Source of the DNA: Sandaracinaceae bacterium
GTDB lineage: Bacteria; Myxococcota_A; Polyangia; Polyangiales; Sandaracinaceae
DNA length: 23,832 nt
Reading direction: 5' to 3'
Assembly: GCA_044220955.1 (NCBI GenBank)
Contig: JBGAQA010000099.1
Span: 1-23,832 of the forward strand
Both the position numbers and the translations under genes were made by a program. The notes below the pieces were generated by a model. It was not told the origin of the DNA. It saw only the letters and a program-made list of their open reading frames with translations, and searched no databases. Below, piece after piece: positions 10,078 to 18,489 of the stretch; position 1 is the stretch's first letter; every line of letters starts with the position of its first letter.

Positions 10078-11294
10078 GTCGCCCTCCGCTCGGCCACGAC
10101 CTCGGCCACCCGCGCCGCGAGCCGCTCGTCGGACCAGGTGCGGCCGCTGCGCATGCCGTCGAGCAAGCTGTCCAGCTCGGCGCGAGAGTGAGCGCGGGGC
10201 GCGTCCAGGCGACCGTCGACGAACAGGGTCTCTCTCGCGCGCGCTGGCGCGCCGTGGAAGATCCGTCCGATGCGCGCGAGGGTCGCGACGCGCGCGTCCT
10301 CGGGCAGATCGGACACGCGCGCGACCGCGGCGAGCGCGCGCTCGAAGTCCTCGATCTCCCTCGCACGGCTCGTCGTCGCATCGACCGACGCCAGAAGGCG
10401 CTCGAAGCGGCCCGCGGGGCACGCGGTGCTCGCCGCGCGGGCGTGCCACCCCAGGAGGTTCTCCGCACCGTCGCCCACGCCGAGGTAGTGCGCGAGCGAG
10501 CGCGCGGCGCTCTCGTCACCGCCGAGGATCGCGAGCGCGCGCTCGACCTCGGGGTGTGCGAGCGCGAGGTGCCTCGCCGACTCGGCCATGCGGGCGCCGT
10601 CGCGATGGGTGGGGTCGAACGCCGCCCCGTGGTCGCGGCAGTACTGCGCGTGGAACGCGTCCCGCACCCCCGGAGCGAGGAGCGCGCGCGTCGCCATCAT
10701 CGCGTCGAGGGAAGAGGCGGGCAGGCCGGTGCGTGTCGCGAACGCGGGGCCGACCAGGGTCCGAAGCGCCTCGACGTCCCCCGAGCGCGCGAGCACCGCG
10801 ATGCGTTCGGCCCCCTCGGCGTCGAGGCCCAGCGTGGTGGCGCTGGCGCCGACGTCGCGGCCGTCGACGACCAGGTGATAGTAGGCTGCCGCCGCGTCGC
10901 CGCGCGCGCGCATGGCGTCCACCTCGCCACGCGAGGTGCCGAGCTCGACGAGCCGTGCGTCGCGCTCGCGGGCCAGGCGCGCGAGGTGCTCGCGGATCGA
11001 GAGCTGCGCGACCCCGTACGAGGCGCGGTGGGTGACGCCGGCCGTGGTGCGCAGCGTGGAGAACGTCGGAAAGCCGCCGGACTCGGCGCGACGGTTGGCC
11101 TCGGCGAACACGGCGAACGCCTCCGCGTCGGCCAGGCCGAAGCGCGAGGGCGCCGTCGTTCGTGGGGCCGCCGGAGCGGGCTCGCGTGCGGCCGCGAGGG
11201 CGTCGCCGAACGTCGCGTTGCTCGCGCGGAGGCCTGGCGCATCGGGGTGCTCGACGTTGCGCGGGCGCGTCGGGAGGGTGGCATCGATCCGCAA
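10074..11294 (-). CDS. Hypothetical protein with divergent lytic transglycosylase/lysozyme-like motifs
   Basis: 406 aa, TTG start with GGAGAG RBS. RAESGG (E71), ASYGVAQL, LAHYLGVGDGA and RIFHGAP resemble SLT-type motifs. No signal peptide. The gene is well supported; the function is inferred. Confidence 0.6.
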   Translation of the reverse strand: MRIDATLPTRPRNVEHPDAPGLRASNATFGDALAAAREPAPAAPRTTAPSRFGLADAEAFAVFAEANRRAESGGFPTFSTLRTTAGVTHRASYGVAQLSIREHLARLARERDARLVELGTSRGEVDAMRARGDAAAAYYHLVVDGRDVGASATTLGLDAEGAERIAVLARSGDVEALRTLVGPAFATRTGLPASSLDAMMATRALLAPGVRDAFHAQYCRDHGAAFDPTHRDGARMAESARHLALAHPEVERALAILGGDESAARSLAHYLGVGDGAENLLGWHARAASTACPAGRFERLLASVDATTSRAREIEDFERALAAVARVSDLPEDARVATLARIGRIFHGAPARARETLFVDGRLDAPRAHSRAELDSLLDGMRSGRTWSDERLAARVAEVVAERRAT

Positions 11295-11319
11295 GGTTCT
11301 CTCCGCTCTTCGAGGTGTG

Positions 11320-11346
11320 TATCGGCGCTCCTCGCCTCGCGTTGCG
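11320..11346 (-). promoter_or_regulatory. Putative ECF-sigma-type promoter upstream of the transglycosylase-like gene and tssJKL
   Basis: Minus strand reads CGCAACG cgaggcgaggagcgc CGATA in the 80-bp intergenic gap. Confidence 0.7.
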
Positions 11347-11374
11347 TCGCCTCGAAATTGGGACTCGAGCAGCG

Positions 11375-12163
11375 TCAGTGCTCGTCGAGGAGCGAGGGAC
11401 GGTCGGAGGAGAGGCCCGCGGCGCTCACCCGCAAGAGCCGCTGGCGCTCGACGTCGTACGTGCTCCGGGCCGGAAGCTCGGGGCGGTCCGCGGCGAGCTC
11501 ACGTACCGACACGTGCTCGTGGGCGACGACGGCGTCCGCGCGGGCCTCCAGGGTGACCGTCAGGGTCGCTTCGCGATACCAGCCGTGCTCGAGCGAGGTC
11601 ACACGCTCGGCGCGGACACGGAGGTGCCCTGGACTCCCGTCGAGCGTGAGCGGCACGATGAGCGACCCCTGCTCGACGAAGAGAAACGCGTCGCGCTCCG
11701 TCGAGAAGGCGTCGAGTGAGCTCTCCAGCACCACGATGCGCGTGCCGCCCACCACGAGCGCGCGAAGCGTCGGGCGGATGGCGGGGCCCGCGTGAGAGCC
11801 GGTGGCCTGTGCCTCGAGCCCGAGCGCGGTCCGCCGGACGCGCGCGATGGCGCTGCGGCTCACGCCGTCGTCGGTCCAGACGAGCCACTCGTCCGCGCGG
11901 ATCGGGGCGACGACCTGCACGCGATCCGCCGTGTCCGCGGCAGCGGCTCGGGCCAGCCGAAGCCAGTCCGCGTCGGTGGGCGTCACGTCGGGACCGAGCG
12001 GCGCGTGGAAGAGCGTCGTGGGGAGCAGCTGCGGAGCGCCGCAGCCCGTCGAGAGGACCCACGTCGCGAGGGCGGCGAGCGCGGCGCGCGCCGCGAGCGT
12101 TCCGGCGCGCGCGAGGTGATCGTCGCGAGCTCCGACGGTCGAAGCGCCCGGCGGGGAGGGCAC
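11375..12163 (-). CDS. Hypothetical lipoprotein
   Basis: GTG at 12161-12163 overlaps the upstream TAG (exact start uncertain). Hydrophobic AALAALATWVLSTG-C lipobox, followed by a beta-rich mature region. Confidence 0.7.
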   Translation of the reverse strand: MPSPPGASTVGARDDHLARAGTLAARAALAALATWVLSTGCGAPQLLPTTLFHAPLGPDVTPTDADWLRLARAAAADTADRVQVVAPIRADEWLVWTDDGVSRSAIARVRRTALGLEAQATGSHAGPAIRPTLRALVVGGTRIVVLESSLDAFSTERDAFLFVEQGSLIVPLTLDGSPGHLRVRAERVTSLEHGWYREATLTVTLEARADAVVAHEHVSVRELAADRPELPARSTYDVERQRLLRVSAAGLSSDRPSLLDEH

Positions 12164-12750
12164 TAGTCGCTCCCACCGGCCTCGAGGGCGGAAGCATAAG
12201 CATGCGCGAAGGTGGCGTCGTATGCGGCGCGGTGCCGCGCCTGCCGAGCCTCCGGCGTCTCTCGCGTCCAGCGCGTCCAGAGGGCAGCCTCCCGGAACGG
12301 GCTCGGCCACCACCGGGGCACGTCGGCGCGTGCCTCTCTCGCCCGCATCTCGTCAGACGCCGCCACGGCCTGCGCCGCATGGCGCGCTGCGTCCGTCGCG
12401 GCGCGCGCGTGCGCGCGTAGGCCCTGCATGGCCCGGGCGAGCGCCGTACCGTCCACCTGCTCGACGTCGATGCGGAGCTCCTGCGCCAGGGCGCGCAGGC
12501 GTGGCTCGCGGGCGAGCTCCGGATGCTCGCGCAACAAGTGCGGGAGCACGCTCCGCCGCTCGCCGGGTGGGAGCGCGCGCAGACGATCCACGGCGGCCGC
12601 GGCGTAGGCCGCACGCAGGGGCTCGAGGGCCGCGAGCAGCGCGTTCAAGTGCTGGAGCGAGGTCGCCGCCGGGGCTCCGACGGTCGTCTTCCCGTCGAAC
12701 ACGTCCATCGCGTCCGTCGCCGGCTCGCCGAGCGCCGCGTGGCCGCTCAT
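12163..12750 (-). CDS. TagH/Fha C-terminal-like protein lacking an FHA domain
   Basis: ATG at 12748-12750 overlaps the tssH stop (ATGA); 195 aa. C-terminal LRAHARA...R.AA...REAALW...FAHAY resembles the helical C-terminus of T6SS Fha/TagH proteins. Confidence 0.6.
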   Translation of the reverse strand: MSGHAALGEPATDAMDVFDGKTTVGAPAATSLQHLNALLAALEPLRAAYAAAAVDRLRALPPGERRSVLPHLLREHPELAREPRLRALAQELRIDVEQVDGTALARAMQGLRAHARAATDAARHAAQAVAASDEMRAREARADVPRWWPSPFREAALWTRWTRETPEARQARHRAAYDATFAHAYASALEAGGSD

Positions 12751-15353
12751 CGGTGGCTCCAGGTGAAGCGCACGCTCCCGACGTCGTCGCTCTCTGCCTC
12801 GAGCCCCCGCGCGCCCGACGCCGCGCCAGGCGGGGCCAGGAGCTCGGACGCCAGGGGCGCGAGCACCAGCCGCTCGAGCTCGGTCCGGAGGCGGCGCACT
12901 CCCGCCGAGGGGTCCAGCGCCGTGCGGGCGAGGCTCGCCGACAGCCGCGGCCCGACGCGCAACGTGATGCGGTGGGCGAGAGCGACCCGCTCCGCGACCC
13001 GCCCGAGCTCCATCTCGACGATGGCCCCGATCGCCTCGCCCGAGAGCGGGACGTAGGGGACGACGGTCATCCTGCCGAGCAGCGCCGGCGCGAAGTGCGC
13101 GGCGAGGGACGGGCGGATCGCGCGCTCGATCTCGTCCCGGTCCGTGACGCCCGCGAGCGCCAGCTCTGCGATGCGCTCGGACGCGAGGTTCGAGGTGAGC
13201 AGCACGACGGTGCTCCGGAAGTCGATCACGCGACCTTCGCCGTCGGCGAGGACGCCGCGGTCGAGGAGCTGGTAGAAGACGTTCAACACCTCGAGGTCCG
13301 CCTTCTCGCACTCGTCGAGCAGGACCACGGAGTGCGGGCGCAGTCGCACCGCCTCGGTGAGCTTGCCGCCCTCGCCGTAGCCGACGTACCCGGGCGGCGA
13401 GCCGACCAGTCGCGAGACGGTGTGCTTCTCCTGGTACTCGGAGAGGTTGATCGTGGTGAGGAAGCGCTCGCCCCCGTAGAGCAAGTCCGCGATTGCGCGC
13501 GCCGTCTCGCTCTTGCCCACGCCGCTCGGGCCGACCAGGAGGAACACCCCGGCCGGCGCCTCGCGAGGGCGAAGGCCCGCGTGCGCCACGCGCAGTCCGT
13601 CGGCGATCGCGCGCGTCGCCTCGTGCTGGCCGATCACCCGGCGGTCGAGCGCGCTCTCGAGGTCGCGCAGGGCGTCGGTGCGCGCCCGCTGCAGGTCGCC
13701 GACCGGCACGCCGGTCCAGGACTCGATCGTCGCCGCGATCGCGCTCGCGTCGACCTCGGCGGCGATCAGCGGGCGCTCGCCGGCCGCCGCGTCGAAGGCC
13801 TCCTGGGCCACGCGGACCTCGATCTCGCGCTCCCGGCGCAGCGCCTCGGAGGACGGGCCGCTGGGCACGTCCCGGAGCGCGGCGCGCGCGCCGAGCAGCC
13901 TCTCGAGCGCGCCGCGCTGCGCGCTCCACCGAGCTTCGAGCTCGACCCGCTGGCCGATGACGGCCTGGACTCGTGACTCGAGCGTCGCGCGTCGCTCGCG
14001 GGTGGCCGGGCGCTCGAGACGCTCGCGCTCGAGCGCCGCACGCTCCCTCTCCAGGTCCTCGAGCTCCGCGTCGAGCTCGACGAGCGCCACGGGACGGGCG
14101 AGCTGCGCGGCGCGCACGCGCGCGAGGGTGGTGTCCAGCACGTCGACGCACGAGTCGGGGAGCTGGCGGCCGGCGACGTAGCGCTTGGAGAGCCGCACGG
14201 CCGCCTCGACGGCCTCGCTCCGGATGGGCACTCCGTGCGCGCGCTCGTAGATCGGGACGAGCCCGCGGAGCATCGCGATCGCGCGGCGCTCGTCCGGCTC
14301 CTCGACGCTCACCTTCTGGAACCGGCGTTCGAGCGCGGCGTCTCTCTCGAAGTACTTCTTGTGCTCGCGGAACGTCGTCGCGGCGATCGTTCGCAGCTCG
14401 CCGCGAGCGAGCGCGGGCTTGAGCAGGTTCGCCGCGTCGGTTCCGCCGTTCGGCTGCGCGCCGACCAGCGTGTGCGCCTCGTCGATGAACAGGATGATCG
14501 GCACGCTCGAGGCCTGGACCTCCCGGATCACGCCAGTGAGCCGCGCCTCGAGCTCTCCACGCGCCCCCGCGCCCGCCGAGAGCAGACCCATGTCGAGCCC
14601 ACGCAGGTCGACGTCGCGCAGCGGCTCGGGCACCTCGCCTCTGACGATCGCGAGGGCCAGCCCCTCGACGATGGCCGTCTTGCCCACGCCGGGCTCGCCG
14701 ACGAGGACCGGGTTGTTCTTGCGCCGCCGGCAGAGGATGTGGACGAGCTGCTGCGTCTCGCGCTCCCGGCCGAGCACGGCGTCGAGCTCCCCGGCGCGCG
14801 CCCGCCCGGTGAGGCTCGTCGTGAAGCGCGCGAGCGCACTCGCGCCGCCGGGCCCCGAGTCCTCGCTCGCGGGCACGCGGCGGGCCAGTTCGCCGCTCTC
14901 CGGCGATCGCGCGAGCGCCTCGGCGCGCGTGGCCCGGACGCGATCGAGCGGGATCCCGGCGATCGCGGGCGCCGACCCCGTTTCGTTCTGCGCGCGCTCG
15001 AGGAACGCGACGAGCAACGCGCCGGACCGGATCGCCGCCTCTTGCCACGCGAGCGAGCCCACCAGCCAGGCCTGCTCGAGCCAGCGCACGAGCGCGTCCG
15101 AGAGTGACGGTCGAGCGCCTCCACGGGGGGCGCGCCCGAGCACGTGCTCCAGCTCCGCGCGGACCGCTGCGCGCTCCTCCGCGGTGAGCAGCACTGCCGC
15201 GTCGCCCTGGTCGTCGGCGACGATCGCGTGGAGCACGTGCTCCGGTCCGAGCGTGTCGTGGCGCGCGAGCGCCGCAGCGGTCACGGCCCCCTCGAGGTGC
15301 CGCCTCGCGGTCGGGGTGAGTCGTCGGACGAGCGCTCGAGGTTCGGTTCGCAT
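12747..15353 (-). CDS. tssH: T6SS AAA+ ATPase TssH (ClpV)
   Basis: 868 aa with two AAA modules (RRRKNNPVLVGEPGVGKT, LFIDEAH, KPALARGELRTIAATT; GPSGVGKSE, SRLVGSPPGYVGYGEGGKLTEAVR) and a ClpV-type N-terminus, inside a T6SS cluster. Confidence 0.96.
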   Translation of the reverse strand: MRTEPRALVRRLTPTARRHLEGAVTAAALARHDTLGPEHVLHAIVADDQGDAAVLLTAEERAAVRAELEHVLGRAPRGGARPSLSDALVRWLEQAWLVGSLAWQEAAIRSGALLVAFLERAQNETGSAPAIAGIPLDRVRATRAEALARSPESGELARRVPASEDSGPGGASALARFTTSLTGRARAGELDAVLGRERETQQLVHILCRRRKNNPVLVGEPGVGKTAIVEGLALAIVRGEVPEPLRDVDLRGLDMGLLSAGAGARGELEARLTGVIREVQASSVPIILFIDEAHTLVGAQPNGGTDAANLLKPALARGELRTIAATTFREHKKYFERDAALERRFQKVSVEEPDERRAIAMLRGLVPIYERAHGVPIRSEAVEAAVRLSKRYVAGRQLPDSCVDVLDTTLARVRAAQLARPVALVELDAELEDLERERAALERERLERPATRERRATLESRVQAVIGQRVELEARWSAQRGALERLLGARAALRDVPSGPSSEALRREREIEVRVAQEAFDAAAGERPLIAAEVDASAIAATIESWTGVPVGDLQRARTDALRDLESALDRRVIGQHEATRAIADGLRVAHAGLRPREAPAGVFLLVGPSGVGKSETARAIADLLYGGERFLTTINLSEYQEKHTVSRLVGSPPGYVGYGEGGKLTEAVRLRPHSVVLLDECEKADLEVLNVFYQLLDRGVLADGEGRVIDFRSTVVLLTSNLASERIAELALAGVTDRDEIERAIRPSLAAHFAPALLGRMTVVPYVPLSGEAIGAIVEMELGRVAERVALAHRITLRVGPRLSASLARTALDPSAGVRRLRTELERLVLAPLASELLAPPGAASGARGLEAESDDVGSVRFTWSHR

Positions 15354-15419
15354 GGGACTCCCTTGGATGGCATTCGGAGCGCTCGGCCCTCGCGCGCAGC
15401 GGCGGCCGCTCGGTCTTCT

Positions 15420-15446
15420 TCTCGGCCGGTCCGGGCCGTCGTTGCG
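15420..15446 (-). promoter_or_regulatory. Putative ECF-sigma-type promoter upstream of tssH
   Basis: Minus strand reads CGCAACG acggcccggaccggc CGAGA in the tssG-tssH gap. Confidence 0.7.
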
Positions 15447-15452
15447 CCCAGG

Positions 15453-16355
15453 TCACGCCAGGCGGCGAGCGCGCGGGCGCCCGACGCGGCCCACGCGGCT
15501 CGCGCCGAGCCGTGCGTCTCCGAGCCTCAGCGGAGCGTCGTTCGAGAGGACGAGCAGCTCGAGCTCGGTCGCGGGGTCGCCGAGCCAGGCGATGGACAGG
15601 ACCAGGGCGCGCCGCGCCGGGCCATCCGCTGCGAGCGCGGACACGAACGCGACGTCCACCGGACCGACCCGGATGGTCGCGCGGCTCGCGGGATCGTGGA
15701 CGCTCGTGCCGAGCACGGCCGCGTCGCCGAGCCGCGCGCTGCCCAGCCGCGCCCGCGAGCCCTCGTCGATCGACACCCGCCCACCGGTGTGCTCGACGAG
15801 CACGACGGGGGCCCCGCCGAGCCAGCGCCCGGCCACGAGGCGCAGGGCGCTGGCGAGAGAGGACGCGCTCGGGCGCCCCCGGAGCAAGGGCGCGAGCAGC
15901 AGCGCGGTCTCCCGCTCGGCTGCACGGGTCGCGTCGCAGCGCGCCAGGTGCGCGAGGCGCGCGGGCCAGACGTCGTCGAACGAGCGTGTCTGCTCCGGTA
16001 GCCTGCACCGCTGTACCGAGCGAAAGAGGAGGGCGGTCGCGCGGTGATGGAAGGGCGTCAGCAGCGCGCGCCGCGTCGGCCGATCGGGATCCTCTCGCGC
16101 GATCTCCTCCAGGAGATAGGGCGGGAGCACACCGTCGGCGCCGACCAGCGCGAGGAACTGCGTGGTCCACGCGGGAACCTCGCCGCGGGCCGGCGCGGGG
16201 CACGCGTCGTGAGCGGAGAAGTCGAGCGCGGAGAAGTCGAGCGCGGGGGGCGGAAGAAACCGGACGGGCTCGTCCTCTGCACGAGGAGCGCCGACACGCC
16301 GTCCGCTCGCGCGCTCGATCGCCGCGAGCGACGCGAAGAAGTCGCGACGGCTCAT
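15453..16355 (-). CDS. tssG: T6SS baseplate subunit TssG
   Basis: ATG at 16353-16355 overlaps the tssF stop. EPVRF...LDF, FLALVGADGVLPPY, FHHR, RLG...LG...V.D...IRVGPV. 300 aa. Confidence 0.9.
   Translation of the reverse strand: MSRRDFFASLAAIERASGRRVGAPRAEDEPVRFLPPPALDFSALDFSAHDACPAPARGEVPAWTTQFLALVGADGVLPPYLLEEIAREDPDRPTRRALLTPFHHRATALLFRSVQRCRLPEQTRSFDDVWPARLAHLARCDATRAAERETALLLAPLLRGRPSASSLASALRLVAGRWLGGAPVVLVEHTGGRVSIDEGSRARLGSARLGDAAVLGTSVHDPASRATIRVGPVDVAFVSALAADGPARRALVLSIAWLGDPATELELLVLSNDAPLRLGDARLGASRVGRVGRPRARRLA
16213..16246. repeat. 15-bp in-frame tandem duplication in tssG
   Basis: gcggagaagtcgagc x2 plus gcgg; encodes ALDFS-ALDFS. Confidence 0.9.
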
Positions 16356-18076
16356 GGGGCGCCGAGCGCGGAGCGAAGGGGAAACTCGAGCCGCGTCTTG
16401 GACGGCGAGAGGACGGCGCAGAGCTGCTGCCGGACGTTGAGCGGCAGCTCGCTCGCGAGCGCGTGGTCGAGCGCGCGCCCGAGCAGGAACGCCTCTCCGA
16501 GCGACGGAATCCGTGCCTCGTCGAGCTCGATCTCGACGGCGACGCCGCGCTCGATCACGCCGCGTCTCGCCGCTCGGAACGGCCGCTCGACCACGGCGCG
16601 CACGGCCTCGGCGAGTGACGAGCACGCGCGGGCACGGGCCGCGTCCGACGCGTGCGGTACCGCGCACGTCGCGAGCCAGGAGGTCAGCGCCGCGACGGAG
16701 AGGCGAGCGCGGTGCCCCGAGGCGCTCGCGCCGACGAGCGCGTAGAGCGCGTCCTGGCCCGTCCTGCCCGGCGCGCGTGGACCGAGCGGGGTGAGGTTGG
16801 TGAACGTCGCCACGGAGGGTGAGCGCGCGATGGGCTCGCAGACGTCGCCGGTGCGGAGCTTGGTCGCGAGCGTCCGGTTGGTGCACTCGAGCTCCACGGA
16901 GAGCGTCTCGAGACCGGTGGTGCCGCGGGCCCCGACGCGCAGGAACGTGTCGACCGAACCGTCGAGCGGCGAGCGGCGGCGCCGAAGCGCGAAGTACCCC
17001 TCCGACGCGCCCGCGCCCAGGTGCTCGAACCTCGCGAAGGAACGGTAGCCGCGTCGGCCGCGCCCGGCCTCGGCCAGACCTACCACGCTGCGCACTTCGA
17101 GAACCTCGATCGCCCCCGGGGGCAGCCCCGCGGCGCGCAGCGGGGCGTCACGCACGTCGTCGCGCCACGAGATGGGCTCGGCGTCGCAGCGGAACACGTT
17201 GACCGCAGGGACGCAGTGCAAGCGGATGGCGTCCTCGGCGAGCGCATCCGGCAAGGGCGTGTCCGGCGCGAATTCGAGCCGGATCTCGAGGCTCTCGGTG
17301 CGAGCGCGGGGGGGCACGCGCTCGAGCCCGACGAGGTCGAAGAAGAGGTGGCGCTCGGGGAAGAACCCCAGCTCGACGAGGTGCCGCGCGCCGGCGGGTG
17401 AGCTCTCGGGCCAGGGCAGGTGCGGCTCGCGGTCCGCATCGACGAGGGACGCGCTCCTGCCGAGCGGTGTCTCGGTCTCCCCGCTGCGGACCTGGACGCG
17501 CGCGAGACGGCGGTCGATCGCAGCGGCGAGCAGGCTCGCGGGCGCGAGCGGCGCATGGATGAAGAAGCGCAGCGGACGCGCCGCGTGCGCGCCTTCGATC
17601 GCGGCGCGAGGAGTCCGCAGCGAGATCGACAGCGCCGGCGCGCGCGCGAGGGAGCGATCGATGCGGGATCGGGCCACCGTGATCGGGGTCAGGTCCACGT
17701 CCCAGCTCGAGCGCAGCTCGCAGCGGACGCCGTCGACCGGCCGCGAGCCGAACGCAGCGCCCGCCGGGACGGTCACGCGCTCGCGCAACAGGGCCGCGCG
17801 CGGCGAGAGCTCCATGACGGTCGAGGCGGGCACGGGGCGCAGCGCATGGGGCGCGACGACCTCGGCGATCGCGTCGATCACCTCGGGGACCGCGTCGTCG
17901 GCGCGCTCGCGGGTCCGCGCGGCGACGAAGGCGAACCCCTCGAGCAGACGCTCGACGTCGGGGTCACACCCGGGCTGCGCGAGCGTGTCGCAGAGGCCTG
18001 GATGTCGGAGCGCCATCTCGCGACCCATCTCGCGCAGGAAGGCGATCTCCTCTCGGTAGGTCGCATCGAAGGTCAC
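16352..18076 (-). CDS. tssF: T6SS baseplate subunit TssF
   Basis: GTG at 18074-18076 with GAGGAG RBS. YREEIAFLREMGRE, DPDVERLLEGFAF, FFPERHLFFDL, RLHCVPAVNVF, LECTNR. 574 aa. Confidence 0.96.
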   Translation of the reverse strand: MTFDATYREEIAFLREMGREMALRHPGLCDTLAQPGCDPDVERLLEGFAFVAARTRERADDAVPEVIDAIAEVVAPHALRPVPASTVMELSPRAALLRERVTVPAGAAFGSRPVDGVRCELRSSWDVDLTPITVARSRIDRSLARAPALSISLRTPRAAIEGAHAARPLRFFIHAPLAPASLLAAAIDRRLARVQVRSGETETPLGRSASLVDADREPHLPWPESSPAGARHLVELGFFPERHLFFDLVGLERVPPRARTESLEIRLEFAPDTPLPDALAEDAIRLHCVPAVNVFRCDAEPISWRDDVRDAPLRAAGLPPGAIEVLEVRSVVGLAEAGRGRRGYRSFARFEHLGAGASEGYFALRRRRSPLDGSVDTFLRVGARGTTGLETLSVELECTNRTLATKLRTGDVCEPIARSPSVATFTNLTPLGPRAPGRTGQDALYALVGASASGHRARLSVAALTSWLATCAVPHASDAARARACSSLAEAVRAVVERPFRAARRGVIERGVAVEIELDEARIPSLGEAFLLGRALDHALASELPLNVRQQLCAVLSPSKTRLEFPLRSALGAP

Positions 18077-18090
18077 GCGGTACGCTCCTC

Positions 18091-18462
18091 TCAGCTGACG
18101 CTGCACCGGCCGCTGGCGTCGATCTCGGTCAGGAAACGGTAGGTGCGCCCGCGCTCGCCCCTGCCGCGCCCGCGCACCTGGAAGGCCAAGCAGAGAGGGT
18201 CGGGGCTCGCCACGGCGCGCACGATCACGCCGGTCAGCCGCGGCTCGTAGCGGTCCACGAGAGTCGCGAGCGCGCGCTCGAGCGAGCGCACACCCTCGGG
18301 CCAGGTATGCACGAGGTCGGTCAGATCCGGGCGGCCCAGGTCGGGCGCCGCCGCGGCGGCGCCGCGCCGCGCGTCGAAGAGCGCGCGGAGGTGCAGAGCG
18401 ATCGAGCGATGCTCGTCGAGCTCGCGCGCGCCTCGATCCAGTCGATCGAACAGACCTCGCAT
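18091..18462 (-). CDS. tssE: T6SS baseplate subunit TssE (gp25-like)
   Basis: 123 aa, LFDRL...SIALHLRALFDARRG...DLGRPDL...RYEPRL. Lies between hcp and tssF. Confidence 0.92.
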   Translation of the reverse strand: MRGLFDRLDRGARELDEHRSIALHLRALFDARRGAAAAAPDLGRPDLTDLVHTWPEGVRSLERALATLVDRYEPRLTGVIVRAVASPDPLCLAFQVRGRGRGERGRTYRFLTEIDASGRCSVS

Positions 18463-18489
18463 CGCGCACCTCCGCGGCGCCGTCCCCGC

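Noticed and set aside
8942..11261. Additional CGCAACG heptamers at 8942-8948 and 11255-11261
   Set aside because: Both are intragenic and lack CGA at the 15-nt spacing, so they are not counted as promoter copies.
12747..15353. Housekeeping ClpB chaperone
   Set aside because: Its position in a T6SS cluster, coupling to T6SS accessory genes and ClpV-type N-terminus favour TssH.
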